Counted from the first letter of the whole stretch, positions 37,209-50,569 are shown. The stretch: 61,954 nt of DNA, filler included, from Globobulimina sp. (GCA_003354225.1; 27 parts of 27 records of this genome joined end to end with filler, not necessarily neighbours in it); one strand, 5' to 3'. Notes: generated from the letters alone by a model not told the origin. Translations and numbers: made by a program.

Positions 37209-38983
37209 ATGAGCCTCGAAATTCTATTATACAACAAAGTGGAATTAGACGATGGAAGTCAAGGCATGGTGCGTTATATCGGTGGTATCATGGGTAAAAA
37301 GGGCGTATTTTACGGAGTGGATATAACGAAAGGAGATGCTAAAAACGATGGAACCTTTAAAAATATAAAATATTTTGACACAAAAAAAGGAACTCGAACT
37401 GGTAGATTTTGCAAAGAAAATAAAATTGTCAAATGTAAAAAAACGACATTCTCAAAATATCCTTTCAAATTCGGTGATATTGTCATGTGCTCCAAAACAA
37501 AATGCAAAGGAATTATAAAATATATCGGAGTGCCGTCGTGGGTCAAAGGTGGCAAAGTTTATTATGGATTGCAATTAAATAAAAAAAAGGGAACCTGCAA
37601 TGGCACAAATCAGGGAATACAATATTTTGAAACCAAAAAACAATATGGAATATATGTTCCAGTCAAATTTGTTAAAAAAGGTATAAACAAAAACGTGTTT
37701 TTTTTATATTTGCTCCGATACAAAACGTTTCTGATAATTTTGATATATTTCAGTTTCAAACTGAATGTTATTATTGCTGTGAATGTCAAACTGGATTTTT
37801 TACAATTTAATTGATGACATATTTCAGTTTGAAACTGAAATCATATGAAACAGCACTAATATTTTTTTTTTTGTGTGTATAATATTTGTTAGTTTCTGGT
37901 GGAAAAAAGGAGAAAAAAGAAGACGAAGAAGACGTGAAAGAAGCAATGAGAGATTATTACAAATCTAAACCTGAAGCAGTCCAAAAAAGAAAAAGTAAAA
38001 AAAAAGCAATTAATAAGCAATCAAAAATGGATCAATTACCAGCGCAGCCAATGTACACTGAACAAATGTCAGCAGATTCATTGGGTGCGCCCATCGTACC
38101 TTTGCACGATCAAACTGCGTCCATTGATTATATGGATGAAGAAAAAGATGGTATTGATGTCATACAATATCAACATAAAACTGAGGAAATGGATTATGCC
38201 ATGTCTGAGAAGCAAAGACGGGAACAAAATGAAATCAAGAAACAAATTGAACGCTCAGAGCGATTACAGAGAGAACAGGACAAAAAACAGAAACTAAAAC
38301 AGAGACAGGACCGAGAAAAAGTTGAGTGTGGCTGTGTCATGATTTTGTAAAAGTTTTTTTAGTGAAAAATCACTTCAAACAGATAACAGATTTTGAAGTC
38401 ATTTTGTCAATAAAGAAGCTGACTGTTTTTTTTTGCATCTTTTCATGGCGAAATCTTTCAGGCTGAACAAGAGTTGCTCGACAAGCAAAATGCTGAAAAG
38501 GAGCAAGAATTAGCAAAACGAGAAAAGGAATTGAGAGATAAGGAGCGTTTAGAAAAATATGCGCAAGCAATGAAAGAAAAAGAAGAGGCTGAAAAGATAG
38601 AAAAAGAGAACCAAGAAAAAGCTGAACGAATGAAACAGGAAAATGCGATGAGAAAAAAAGAGGAATTGCAAGAAAAAAAAGCGAAGGAAGACGAAGAGAA
38701 AAAAGAAAGAGAACAACAACAGAAATTAGCAGAAAAATTACGGAATGAAAGAGAAGAAAAACAATCACAATCTGGAATATCTCAAAAAAGTGGCGGATCC
38801 ATTAAGGTTTGAAACTCATTTATTTTTGTTCTAAAAACGAATGTCTTTCATGTAAAATGTATGTAATTTAAGGATCGAATGGCAATGTTTCAGAAACAAA
38901 GTAATAACACAGCGAAAAATACTGCTGTGTCACCTGTTAAATCTGTAGCAAATGAACCGGAGCAAAAAAAGCAATATGTTGCC
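37209..38983 (+). CDS. Tandem CAP-Gly protein with a long charged coiled coil, spliced, 3'-truncated
   Basis: Two CAP-Gly domains. Probable introns from 37681, at 38321-38461 and at about 38808-38872 link the K/E-rich exons and a SIKDRMAMFQ motif. Confidence 0.85.
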
Positions 38984-39083
38984 NNNNNNNNNNNNNNNNN
39001 NNNNNNNNNNNNNNNNNNNNNNNNNNNTTAATTAATTAANNNNNNNNNNNNNNNNNNNNNNNNNNNNNNNNNNNNNNNNNNNN

Positions 39084-40821
39084 GCCACAGCAAAACCCAA
39101 ACGCAAATCATCTAAATATCAACCAAAATGGCATGGTGTTGGGAGAGGTGGATGAGGAGGACAATGAGTACAATTACACGCCTTCTACGAACCCGATAAA
39201 TGAGGCATGTCAGGTGGACCGGATGCGGATCGACGAGGATGAGGGAGATAGTGAGATGTTGTCGCTGTTCCGCACCAATACAGACCCCACGCACTACAGC
39301 AATAACAACAATATTAATAACAATAGGAAAGGCACCAATGTGTATGACCCATTTGGTGGACAGGATTTATTTGCCAATGGACGCAGGAATTTGACGCGAT
39401 ACAATAAGTTCAATATCACGCAGCATGCATACGGCCCGGAACAGGCGCAGATTCATAGGAAGTATCCGTCCAAATCGCCCATGCCGACCTCTTCCGCGAC
39501 CTCGACGTCGAGCACTCCCAATACCAACAACACCAAACCGAGAGATAGAAAGCCGCCCATTCGGCATAAATGGCCGCAGCATCATTTTATGGCCAACACA
39601 CAAACGCAATTCCAACAAATGATGGTGAATAACCATGATATGAACAATATGAATGTCAATATGAGCGCGGATATTATCATTGAGGATGCACAAAATATTC
39701 ACGTTCCGACCAAACCACCACATCATAGTAACAATATTGGTAACAATCTGTACCAAAATGAAGCCATATCTTCTGTTCCCGTGACAGTGCCAATGGCAGT
39801 TCCCGTTGCTGCCCAAACTGAGATCAAGCACAAGAAAGCAAGAAAGCGCAGAAAAAAAACAAAGAACAAGACAAAGAATGCAAACGCCAACAATTTGATC
39901 AATGCCATCAATGTATGGGGTTCCAATAAGAACGAGTCCATTTCGCCATCCTTCAATGACTTGCAAGCTGAGGATGAGCACGAAATGTTAGCTATAAAAC
40001 GCAGGCAAAGACAGAGTTTATTTCGGCGGCCAGATGAGACCAAACAACAATTACTACAAAAACAGGCACAGCCGACCAATATTCCATATACTATGCCTCC
40101 GCCGGTTATGAACCACGGCGAGGAGGTAATTGCTATAAAAGCACCTCAGCCGCAGCCACAGCCACAGCCTCAATCACAGCCATCGCCAATACCGTTGCCT
40201 CCACTGCCCGTCGTGCAGAAAAACAAAAAGATTATCAATACCAATCCATGGCAACAGCCCAAAATAGCAAATCCGAATAAAAAAAGTAAACAAACACAAA
40301 ATGCTGCGACTGCCAATCCGAAGCAATCAAACAAAAAAAAGAACAAACGGAAAAAAGAAACGACGTCTTGGTCATCGAGAGCTAAATCAAATACTCCCAA
40401 AGTAGCAAGTTCACAAAATGTTAATTCTGTGGCGAATAATAACAACAAAAGGAATAATAACAACAATCCATCAAAGTCAAAAAACAGAGCAAATAATCGA
40501 AAGAAAAATAGATCGAATAATCGGAATATCGAAGCGGTGAATAAGGTGTCTGCCGAATTGCAGAGTTGGTTGAAAACGGAAATAAAGAAATTGAATGGCG
40601 ATGTGGAGGCCGCCTCTGTGGCGCATTTATTATTGACGTTGGACGATGAGACTGCCAAAACGACGGCGTATCATACATTTGGCTCTTCGCAAGAGGTGAA
40701 TACGTTCATTCATTCGTTTTTAGTGCATAGAAGCCATGATATTCAACAACAAAAAAATAAAGCTTCAAATAAGATCAATGGGCATCAGAAAAAGAAAAAA
40801 AACAAAAAATCGCGAAGATAA
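39084..40821 (+). CDS. Low-complexity protein with a GIGYF/Smy2-like C-terminal helical domain, 5'-truncated
   Basis: ELQSWLKTEIKKL...VAHLLLTL...FG...FIHSFL; the SFNDLQAED motif is also typical of this group. Confidence 0.55.
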
Positions 40822-41404
40822 TTATAAAAAGTACATAACACTTAATCAACATTGAAAGCAAGGGAAATATGCATCAAATTCTATTGGTTTGTTGATATAT
40901 CATTTTATTGACGCATTTAATTTAGTTTTTCTTTTTTGCTAAATTGTTTTGTGATGTTGTTATTGTGTACATGTAAAAATCCGTTACGTTTTTGCTTGTT
41001 CTAAAAATAAATTTTCTTTTTTCCCTCTATTGTTTTGCAATATGTTTTATTGTGAACTCATTTATCAATTTCTTGCAGTTTCATTTTTTTTATGATTAAC
41101 TGTTGAAAAGTTTAATCATATTCATTTGTTCAATTGTTATTATAATGATTGTTTTTTTTTCGTAAAAAGTTTGTTATTATCAATCTTATAAATGATGATT
41201 TAATCATGCATTAATGTTAAAATGAATGCAAAATAGAAATTGGGCTTTGCAAACTGAAAAACGTTACATTTTTATTAGTGCNNNNNNNNNNNNNNNNNNN
41301 NNNNNNNNNNNNNNNNNNNNNNNNNTTAATTAATTAANNNNNNNNNNNNNNNNNNNNNNNNNNNNNNNNNNNNNNNNNNNNTTCAAGAAACTATAAATTC
41401 TGAT

Positions 41405-41524
41405 TTGTTCTCGGACCGTTTATAAATAATCTCCTTCGGTTTCTTGAAAAAGTATCCCTCGGCTTCGCCTCGCAAATAACTTTTTCAGAAACCTCAGGGA
41501 TATTATATAATAAATATAGAACAA
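41405..41524. repeat. Imperfect 120-bp palindrome with a CTCGGCTTCGCCTCG apex
   Basis: Arms TTGTTCT/AGAACAA and GGTTTCTTGAAAAAGT/ACTTTTTCAGAAACC. Confidence 0.7.
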
Positions 41525-42519
41525 TTCAAAAAGCATTTTGGGAGCGAGATCCCAAAGTTTTGTGTTCTAATCATAGATCTCACTAAGATTTACTTTTTTT
41601 GACTCACCAAAAGATAACCCCCCCGTCGTATACATTTGGTGCAATTATAAATTTGTTCTGACTTTGTTCTGGCATGGATTTGCAACACAAGACGAAGTTA
41701 TAACAAACACAGAACAAACCCAAGACAAACCTATAGAAAACAGTTTCTGGATTTGCAAAGCGGTTAGATTAAAACCTGTTTAAATAAGTGATTCTGTTCA
41801 TGGCTTGCATTAAACGCTCCGACAACAAATAAATAGGTACAAAAACGTTGCTCATCTCATGTTTAAATCAATCAATTTGTTATTTGAAATATTAGATTTT
41901 TTGCGAATAATTATAATTTTTGAGCCAATTACTTTTGATTTCATACGTATTTTTTGTGATGAATTTAATTTTAAATCAATGCATAAATGTTCTAAATCTG
42001 ATGGTTCCACTTCACGTAAATGGCTTAATTTTAACTTTGATGATAATATCTGTTTTTCCATATCAATTAAATTCGACTGATTTTGGAGCATTATTTTCTT
42101 TCATTTCTTCACCTGATATCGATGTCGAATTATTCTCATGATTATATTTGGATGTTTGTGAATGATGGAAGTATGATGAATGGATTTGATTATGGCGAAT
42201 ATGAAGCATATTCTTGGTTTTGTGGTGTATTAAATCATAAGAAATTTAAAGCAAAAAAATCCGGGAAACGGATATATTTAAAAGTATTTGTGTCTCATTA
42301 TACAGATGATTTCAATAGAAAAGGAGATTGGGGGTTGAGTTTCTATTTTAGTGATTCTTTGGAATTATTTTGGTTGGATTCTTTGTCGGCGTGGCAATAT
42401 TTTAAACCGCATACCATAAAGTTATTTGATCCAAATTTAAACAGAAAATGAATCAAGTGTAGCTGTTTTTGTTTTAATTGATTGTGCGTTTTTTCTGAGG
42501 TGAGTTAGTTCAAATTAAT

Positions 42520-43578
42520 ATGGATATTGAGGGTACAGGAAATTCAGGAATGAACGGAGAAGACAATAATGATGAAAGCCACGACTCTGAATTTTATGAA
42601 TGGATGATATCACAAAAGGCATCAAAATCATTGGTCAATACTCTCATTGAAAATAGTATTGATACCTTGTATGTGTTTGTCATAGACCTAAATCTGTTGA
42701 ATGATAGGCTCATAAAACACTGATAACAGAGATGCATTGGAAACACTCGATGAATATTTTGAGGAAGCAACAAAAGAAATGGGTATAAAAATAATGGATA
42801 AAATTAAATTAAAAACTATCATGAAAAATATACCAAAAAAACATGTTATGTGCATAGTATATATACATATATACTCTAACATTAATTAATTATTAAACAG
42901 GCCATCGTCGATAAAGAAGAAACCGAAGCAATCCAAAAAATGGAAAAGAAATTAAAATCAATCAATGCTTCAATCCATTTGGTTGGCGCTGCCAAACAAA
43001 GTTATAAAATCATATTTATTTATCCTCGCACAATCATTGCAATTGTATATATTTAGAAATTGATCAACAAATCGCAGCTCATACAACAACCATTAAAGCG
43101 GTATTTAAAAAATGCCATCAATTATTAACAGAGAGAGAAACAAATCTAATTAAAAAATTAAATGAAATTGGCATTGATAAGAAAAATAAATTAGAAAATG
43201 CCTCAAAAACATTAACAAAACAATCGGCATTATCTGAACAAGTTATGTGCTGTGTTCATTTTTTTGTGCCCGCAATATATGCATTTTTTTATTTTTTTTA
43301 TATTATCGTAGAAAATTAATGCGTGTCATAAACGATTGAGGAAATCTGTTGAACTCAACCAAATTGAAGCTCGTAAGGTGGAGATTTTAAAGCTTGCGGA
43401 GGAGATTGTTGGTGTTCAAATTGTGACTTCGGAAGATTCTGTAATTAGCAACAATAAAATTGAGATTGCAATGGATGAAACATTGATGGTTGAAAGCATC
43501 CATTCCTTTGGTGAGGTGACTGGCGGTGTTGCGGCGGTCGTGTTGTCTGTGGCGGATAATAAGGATTCCACTGTCACC
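42520..43578 (+). CDS. SAM-like plus coiled-coil (BBC-like) protein, intron-rich, 3'-truncated
   Basis: EFYEWM...LIENSIDTL|DALETL...GIKIMDKIKL; four GT-AG introns; F..CHQLLTERETNLIKKL. Confidence 0.65.
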
Positions 43579-43842
43579 NNNNNNNNNNNNNNNNNNNNNN
43601 NNNNNNNNNNNNNNNNNNNNNNTTAATTAATTAANNNNNNNNNNNNNNNNNNNNNNNNNNNNNNNNNNNNNNNNNNNNTCAAAACCTTGAGAAACGTTTC
43701 TATCTGCAGCGGGACAGAAGAATCGCAAAGTTCCAAAATCCCAAAAGTCTATGGATCCTAAAACATGAACGACAATGATTATGAAAATATGTATAAATTC
43801 AATTTATGAACATATATAGAGGGGGCAACACAGTAGCATTGC

Positions 43843-44194
43843 GGGTCGATAGACCCAGAGGCAAGAAGCCGGGATGCAAGAACCCCGGAGGCAAGAAGCC
43901 CGAAGGCAAGAGGCTTATTTGTTATGTTTGAATTTTTTGGACCTAGAGATTTTTGAGTGACTCAGAAGTTTCCTATACTAACCAAGTTATCATATTCGGG
44001 AATGTACAAAATTCGTTTCTGAACAAAATTCGTTTCTGAAATTCATGTACAAAATTCGTTTCTGAAAATCATGTACAAAATATTCGATAAAAAAAAATGT
44101 TAAAAAAAAGTAGTACTAGTACTAGTACTAGTACTACTACTCATAAAAAAAATCTCAAAATTTTGAAATCACTGGTATGAGGGTCTATCGACCC
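43843..44194. repeat. Composite repeat: 14-bp inverted hairpin termini enclosing minisatellites and (TAGTAC)n
   Basis: GGGTCGATAGACCC (43843) / GGGTCTATCGACCC (44181); GCAAGA units x4; AAAATTCGTTTCTGAA x3; TAGTAC x4-5. Confidence 0.7.
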
Positions 44195-45864
44195 AATAAT
44201 TTTAAGATGAATTCATCATCACTGTCACCACTATCATCAATAATTATAATTACATTATTTATGCATTTATTGTTTTTATTATTCTTATTACTTTTATTGT
44301 TTTTACTTTTTTTGCTTTTTTTGCTTTTTTTTGCTTTATATTTGTTTTTTTTTGCTTTTTTTTGTTTTATATTTGTTAACACCTCAATATCACTGTCACT
44401 GTCATCAATAATTGAAATTATATTTCTCTCATTCTCATGTTTAACAATTTCATTTTTCATACTTTTATTTTGTTTTGGCTTTGGATTAATAATTGTTTCA
44501 TTATCACATTTTTCTTCATTTTCAATGATATTTACCATTTCTTGTTTATGTGTTGATTTAAATTTCATTATTTTATTATCAGTGAGTTGTTTGTTTTCTT
44601 TTTCTTTTTTCTCCTCATTTACTACCAATACATCATTTCTTTTATCATTCCCATCTGAATCTGATTCACATTGTAATATTTTCTGCTTCTTTACTTTCCA
44701 TAAAGTTTTATGTCGAACCATTGCAATATTATACCATTCACTCGTTTTCTTTATATTTATATCTCCATCATATACATTGAATAATTCATCCATATTTTTG
44801 AGAATAACGCGCTGTATTTCCAGAGTTGCCGCTAATTTATGATTTTCAATCAAAAATAACAGAAATAAATATGAATGAATAGAACCACAAATATTATATA
44901 TATCCTTGGCTCCGATCATAAAACAACAGCCAGATACAACCATATTACTTATAAATATCCAATCATTTGATGTTAATTTATTGGGATTATAATTTAATAA
45001 AATATCAGCAAATAAAGAACAAGTCAACGAATCTGCAGATACCATAAAACGTGTTATGGCCTCCAACAACTCAATCATTTTAAGAAAGTATCTCTTTTTT
45101 TGTCGTATATCATTTTCTTGTTTATATAATTGTTGATAGCAAATAATGGAATAAATATGTTTATAATACGGGTAATATCGGTCATTGTCAGTAGTCGTAG
45201 ATAACATATTTAATGCATCGTTATATTCGTGTTCTAAAATAAGATGTTCCACTTTTTGTTTCTTGCTATTTTGAGCAGTAAAAAATGGAATATTTTGTAG
45301 CTTAAGAAACCATCCACGAATACACCCTTTTACGTTTTTAATATGCAGAGCTAACTCATTTATATTGTTTGCAATTTGAGAGTCATTGATATATTTTACC
45401 AGTATTTCACGTGATGACACCCATTTTTTTAATTTTAATTTTGTTGGCATTAAATAATTTATATTATCAAATGCATAAAAATTAGCAGCATAAAAATCAC
45501 CAATCAGTTCATTCCATTTTGAGCAGTGTTTGGGATTCAGATAATAATTAGTCAATTTTTTCATAATTTCCGTTTCATTTTCTTTCTTAAATCGTAATAT
45601 ATCCATTATATTGGTGGCTGAATCATGATCAGTTTTGATGTTTTTTAAACTGACTCCACCGACCTCCATCACACTTAACATGTTTTTTTCTTTGTTTTCT
45701 TCTGCAATTTCGAATAATTGAATATTGTGAAAATTATAGTTATTATTCCATTTTAATATATAATTGTTATTTGTTAATTCTTCACAGTGTAACAAATAAT
45801 ATACACCTAATCTGATGGTACTGGCTGTTTGTAATGGAGTTACAGCTTTTTTGACCTGCGTCAT
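44185..45864 (-). CDS. Intronless hypothetical protein with a K-rich tail, probably 5'-truncated
   Basis: 559-aa ORF; no family recognised. Confidence 0.65.
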   Translation of the reverse strand: MTQVKKAVTPLQTASTIRLGVYYLLHCEELTNNNYILKWNNNYNFHNIQLFEIAEENKEKNMLSVMEVGGVSLKNIKTDHDSATNIMDILRFKKENETEIMKKLTNYYLNPKHCSKWNELIGDFYAANFYAFDNINYLMPTKLKLKKWVSSREILVKYINDSQIANNINELALHIKNVKGCIRGWFLKLQNIPFFTAQNSKKQKVEHLILEHEYNDALNMLSTTTDNDRYYPYYKHIYSIICYQQLYKQENDIRQKKRYFLKMIELLEAITRFMVSADSLTCSLFADILLNYNPNKLTSNDWIFISNMVVSGCCFMIGAKDIYNICGSIHSYLFLLFLIENHKLAATLEIQRVILKNMDELFNVYDGDINIKKTSEWYNIAMVRHKTLWKVKKQKILQCESDSDGNDKRNDVLVVNEEKKEKENKQLTDNKIMKFKSTHKQEMVNIIENEEKCDNETIINPKPKQNKSMKNEIVKHENERNIISIIDDSDSDIEVLTNIKQKKAKKNKYKAKKSKKSKKSKNNKSNKNNKNNKCINNVIIIIDDSGDSDDEFILKLLGR

Positions 45865-46505
45865 GGTCCGATGTTNNNNNNNNNNNNNNNNNNNNNNNNN
45901 NNNNNNNNNNNNNNNNNNNTTAATTAATTAANNNNNNNNNNNNNNNNNNNNNNNNNNNNNNNNNNNNNNNNNNNNAAAAATTAATATTCACTTTTTTCTC
46001 TGCGTTTCTTTCTTTTTCGAACGAGATCCATTTACTATAAATGTCGCAAATTATTTTTAATCGTTGCACTGCGTCGGATGTATGCAATGCATTTAATTCT
46101 TGCTTTATACTCTTCATTGCATCGCTATCAATGCCCAACATCGCAAATACCTCCTTTTGTTTTGTATTGTTTTTATAATTTGTTTTTTTTATATAAACAA
46201 CAATAACATGAAATATACACATACATCCGATGATGACTTAGGTTCCGTCATCGCAATCGAATGTGGATGGTAGTATTTGTTGTCTGATCAAGGGATGACT
46301 CTCAGTGCCAGGATCTTAATAAAAAAAATGAGCTTAAAGTTTTTTTAAAAATCATCAACAACTTCCACTTTTTTTTTTTCATGACAAAAAACACGACCAT
46401 CATTTGCAATAAAAGTTAATTATGTGATTTCTAAAATTAGAGTCATAATTTGTATAATTACCGTATTTCTTTTTGTGTTTTGTTTAATAATTAGATAACA
46501 TTCAA

Positions 46506-47882
46506 ATGACTGTAATATCCACCATTGAGTCCCAAAGCAAACCGAATTCCAAATCTCCATCAAAAGCAAAAACAAGAAAATTAAGACGTAGCGATGGCGA
46601 AAATACGATTGAGATTAGATCCGAGCCGAAAATAAGTAGTCCGTTGGATGGCTCTCATGAATGTTTTCTTTTTGGTGAGAATCAAGAATCGCAAAATCAA
46701 GAAGCAGACGAAAGGAAAACAAACGGATCGGAAAGAAACGAAGCATCCACATTACGAGCATTCCGTTTTAACATTCAAAACGACGCCAATTTGCAAAGTA
46801 TAATGAACAATAATTTAAATGCCGACGGCTCAAACCCTCACGAATTATTTTTCAACAATTTCGATACCGAAACAGATGTATTATTAACCGATAATATTTC
46901 CGAATTAACGTCGGATTATATTTTATCGAAATTGTATAACTACATGAAAATCTCAGAGATGTCGAAATACGGCATATCTGTGTTCGAAATGACATTTTCG
47001 TCGTACTTACCATATTTAAATGAGTCGGATTTGATCAAATTAGCCTCTTCGTACTGGTGCAACGGGCAACACTTTAATTGCATGATAGCGCATCGCGGCG
47101 AAGCAATAAAGACAAATTCGACTTTATTGGACCATAAATGTACATTGCAATTAGAAATCAGTGCGGATTTAATGGACGCGGCCATGCAAAGCGGCGCCTC
47201 TGTGGATAAAATCGAAGCTATGTTGTTCCAGAAACGAATCGACAAAGCAATACACACGAAACACGAAAGAAATTATCATACAAAATATGAAAGGAGCTTT
47301 TATTTAAGAAATCTGAAGCATCGCTTCTGGAATCACGAGGTTTTGGTGCGGGTCTTCATACAAAATGGATGGTTGACGCCCAATTTGGCCGACATTGCCA
47401 TGAAGACATTCATCAAAACGGTGTATCATCGCGTGCTGCAATCAAAGTGTTCGTTGGCTGACAAGCATTGCAAACGCGGCCGGCGCGATGTTGGCGGAAT
47501 TAAATTCTCGGAGAATTTTCTACATTCTTTTTTTGTATCTTATTTTTGTTTGGATGACATCCCCAAAATGTATAAAAAAGAAATATCGCAAATAAAAAGC
47601 AAGAATCCGGGCGAAAACTATATAAACCATATAAGCGAAGAAACGCTACGAAGATGGTGCGAATTGATTGAATTGTTGGCGTCGCGCGGAGCCAATATAA
47701 ATGAGTATGAATTTCGAAAAATTATACCGTTGCAATATGCTTTGAAACTCGGCAAACATACTTACAAAATCATATCCTCTTCGCACAAAAGCAAAAATAT
47801 GCAACTTATTCCGCAGTCTTATCATCCAGAAAATATTTATATTCCTGATGATGTATGGAATATATTGGTATCTTATTTATAA
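46506..47882 (+). CDS. Hypothetical protein with an ankyrin-like segment and a C-terminal IPxDVWxIxxSYL motif
   Basis: 458-aa complete ORF; ELLASRGANIN; IPDDVWNILVSYL. Confidence 0.7.
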   Translation: MTVISTIESQSKPNSKSPSKAKTRKLRRSDGENTIEIRSEPKISSPLDGSHECFLFGENQESQNQEADERKTNGSERNEASTLRAFRFNIQNDANLQSIMNNNLNADGSNPHELFFNNFDTETDVLLTDNISELTSDYILSKLYNYMKISEMSKYGISVFEMTFSSYLPYLNESDLIKLASSYWCNGQHFNCMIAHRGEAIKTNSTLLDHKCTLQLEISADLMDAAMQSGASVDKIEAMLFQKRIDKAIHTKHERNYHTKYERSFYLRNLKHRFWNHEVLVRVFIQNGWLTPNLADIAMKTFIKTVYHRVLQSKCSLADKHCKRGRRDVGGIKFSENFLHSFFVSYFCLDDIPKMYKKEISQIKSKNPGENYINHISEETLRRWCELIELLASRGANINEYEFRKIIPLQYALKLGKHTYKIISSSHKSKNMQLIPQSYHPENIYIPDDVWNILVSYL

Positions 47883-48272
47883 ACAAAATATTTTAACGTG
47901 ACACTATTTATTATTTTATATTTTTTGTTGTTGTTTTTTGAATTTTTTTTTTTTATATTTTTCTATGCTGTTTTGGTTTGTATTTGTCATATCTCTTTGA
48001 TACAAACTTTATTTTATTGTTTCGAATTCATGTTGATTTTATTTAAAGTAATTTCCGTTTCATATAAAATTAGCTCTTGTGAATGTGTATACGTTCACTT
48101 TCTTGCAACATCTGTCTGCCCCAAACCTTTTCGATTGTACCTACCAATCAACAAAACAAAATTACTTAAGAANNNNNNNNNNNNNNNNNNNNNNNNNNNN
48201 NNNNNNNNNNNNNNNNTTAATTAATTAANNNNNNNNNNNNNNNNNNNNNNNNNNNNNNNNNNNNNNNNNNNN

Positions 48273-49369
48273 TGGCAAAGACAAATGGTTGTCACGTTAG
48301 AATCGCAAGAGTTGTGGGACATTGTCAATGATGTTGAACATGTCGCTGCCGGAGCAGATGCTGCTGCTCAAAAAGTTTTCAAAAAACGTAAAATTGAAGC
48401 AATTCGTCTCATTATTCAAACCATTCCAGAACAATTGGGACACATTTTACCTAAAGTACCTCAAGATCCTGTACAGCTATGGAAAGATCTCGTAACACAT
48501 TTCGAGTCCCAGTCAGCAGTCAACATGTTACTATCAATCAACGTTTGTTACGACAATTGGGCGAAAAAAAAGATCCTAAAAAATGGTTGATTGAACGAAA
48601 ATCGAATTATTTACAAATGGCAGCGCTTGGTGAACCAATATCTGACAAAATGCAATGTATGATGACAATTTCTTTACTACCACCGTCATATGCAACATTA
48701 GGCACATCAATTTCAACTCAAATTCAGCTTGGTGATATGAACATGGCTAAAATTATCGAATTAGTCACAAATTACAAAAAATCCAAGGTAACATCTGAAG
48801 AAAACGCGTTCTACAGTGACACTTTCGGTGCAAGCGGACAGTCAAGTGGAGATAATGGCTATTCAAGACGATTAAGGCGCGGCGGACGAGGACATTCGCG
48901 TGGCACACGTTCACGTGGTGCATTTTCCAGAGGTCGTGGGGGCCGTGGCTCTTATCCTCGTGGTTCAAAAACTGAGGCAACATCGGACACTCAATGTTAT
49001 GAATGCAAAGGATTCGGCCATAAGAAACAAGAATGTCCAACTTGGTTAAAAAAGAAAGAACATTCAGGATATCATACAGAATATGATGGAAATTGCTTTA
49101 ACTTTCATGCTACACACATTGTTAATGGCGGCAAAAATACCAAAAACGAATGAATAATCATTGATTCTGGCGCTTCTAGCCATATGTCCTATGATATTAA
49201 TAATATGTGTGATGTTACGTATTTTGATATTTTTCAGAGTGTAACCTTAGGCGATGGTCATACAACGGAGTGTATTGGTTTAGGTACTTTGTATGTAGAT
49301 GCTAAGGGCTCTAAAAATTTACGTAGAACAATAGCATTTAAGAATTGTCTTATAGTTTATCTGCAATGA
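48273..49369 (+). mobile_element. Ty1/copia retrotransposon relic (gag-protease)
   Basis: LESQELWDIV, LWKDL..HFE, SLLPPSY, zinc knuckle CYECKGFGHKKQEC, protease IIDSGASSHM and VTLGDG...G.GT. Frameshift in the A-run near 48565; truncated before the integrase. Confidence 0.92.
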
Positions 49370-50569
49370 ATATTTAATCAAATTAATCATATAAAACGTT
49401 GTCCAGAGTATGGACATCGATCGGGCTACACAAGAGCGCATAAAGTTTTAATAAATTATTATAAATATAAAGGTTGCTATATTGCCGACATGTTCTTTAG
49501 ATCGAAAACCCTAAAAAAAACGATAGACAAGAGGAGAACGAAAGGCATTCTTCAAAAATTGCGACATGACACAACTTAGGCTATGGGATTTACTAGTCAA
49601 GATAGTCGTTGAATAGAAATAGTAAAACTAACCTTGAAAACCAAATAAGTTTACTAAACTACAAAGTAATAAAATAAATCGATCAACACAAACCGTACAA
49701 TGTGTCCAAACAATGACAAAATAAGAAAAAGTATCATTTTGAAAGTTCCAGTTACATTATCTCGAACAATAGTCAAATTTTCTCGACCCATTAAAAACAC
49801 GTGAAACTGTTATCATGCCGCGTAATTTAGCATTTGACGTTGGTTAATTTCACTTCAATAATTTCTTCCATCGGCGACGTCGAAATGCCGCGCTGGAGGA
49901 TACAATACGCAATATCTACAAGCGCCATCAAGAGCACACCGTGCATATGATTTTATCGAACACAAAAAATACACAAAGTGAAGTGAAATATGTGTAGTTT
50001 TGTATATTTCTAGACCAATAAGTAAACCAAGACACAACCGTCAAACCATATAATACTCGAGACAGCAATGATTAGCATATACCAAGACTTTACAATGTAC
50101 TTTACTGTGTGCAAATAGCAAGAGTTCTGTAGGTACCTAATAAAGTTACAAACACAAAACTGTTAAAGAATAGAAAGAAACGATCAAAACGATACAATAC
50201 AGCGAAAGTTCATTGTTTTGTATGTTTTCTAATAATAGCATAGCGTTTATGTATACTAAAAATACCAATAGCATTGTACTGTCAGTTCAGGATGTTTACA
50301 AAGATATGGTAACGTTTCTATTACGAATACTGCATCCATCACTTCATGTCCCATAAGGAAACAGTTACCACATCTCGAAACCATCCTGTTTTGACTGTAG
50401 CAAACAATAAAATAACATTTTGTGGAATATATAAAATAGTTCGACACATAATAAACTTCCAAACAAAAANNNNNNNNNNNNNNNNNNNNNNNNNNNNNNN
50501 NNNNNNNNNNNNNTTAATTAATTAANNNNNNNNNNNNNNNNNNNNNNNNNNNNNNNNNNNNNNNNNNNN

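Noticed and set aside
38321..38350. Apparent prenylation-like ending CGCVMIL
   Set aside because: It most likely lies inside a GT-AG intron (38321-38461) whose removal continues the coiled coil, and it is not a four-residue CaaX.
41852..42451. SAM-like minus-strand fragment and the plus-strand ORF 42083-42451
   Set aside because: No coherent gene model; probably a decayed paralogue and its shadow.
44177..44842. Hydrophobic 221-aa ORF (also 38370-38768, 26471-27217 and 40170-40658)
   Set aside because: Antisense shadows of K/E/Q-rich genes on the opposite strand.
49370..50469. Possible LTR or integrase downstream of the copia protease
   Set aside because: No integrase motifs, PPT or repeated LTR could be recognised.
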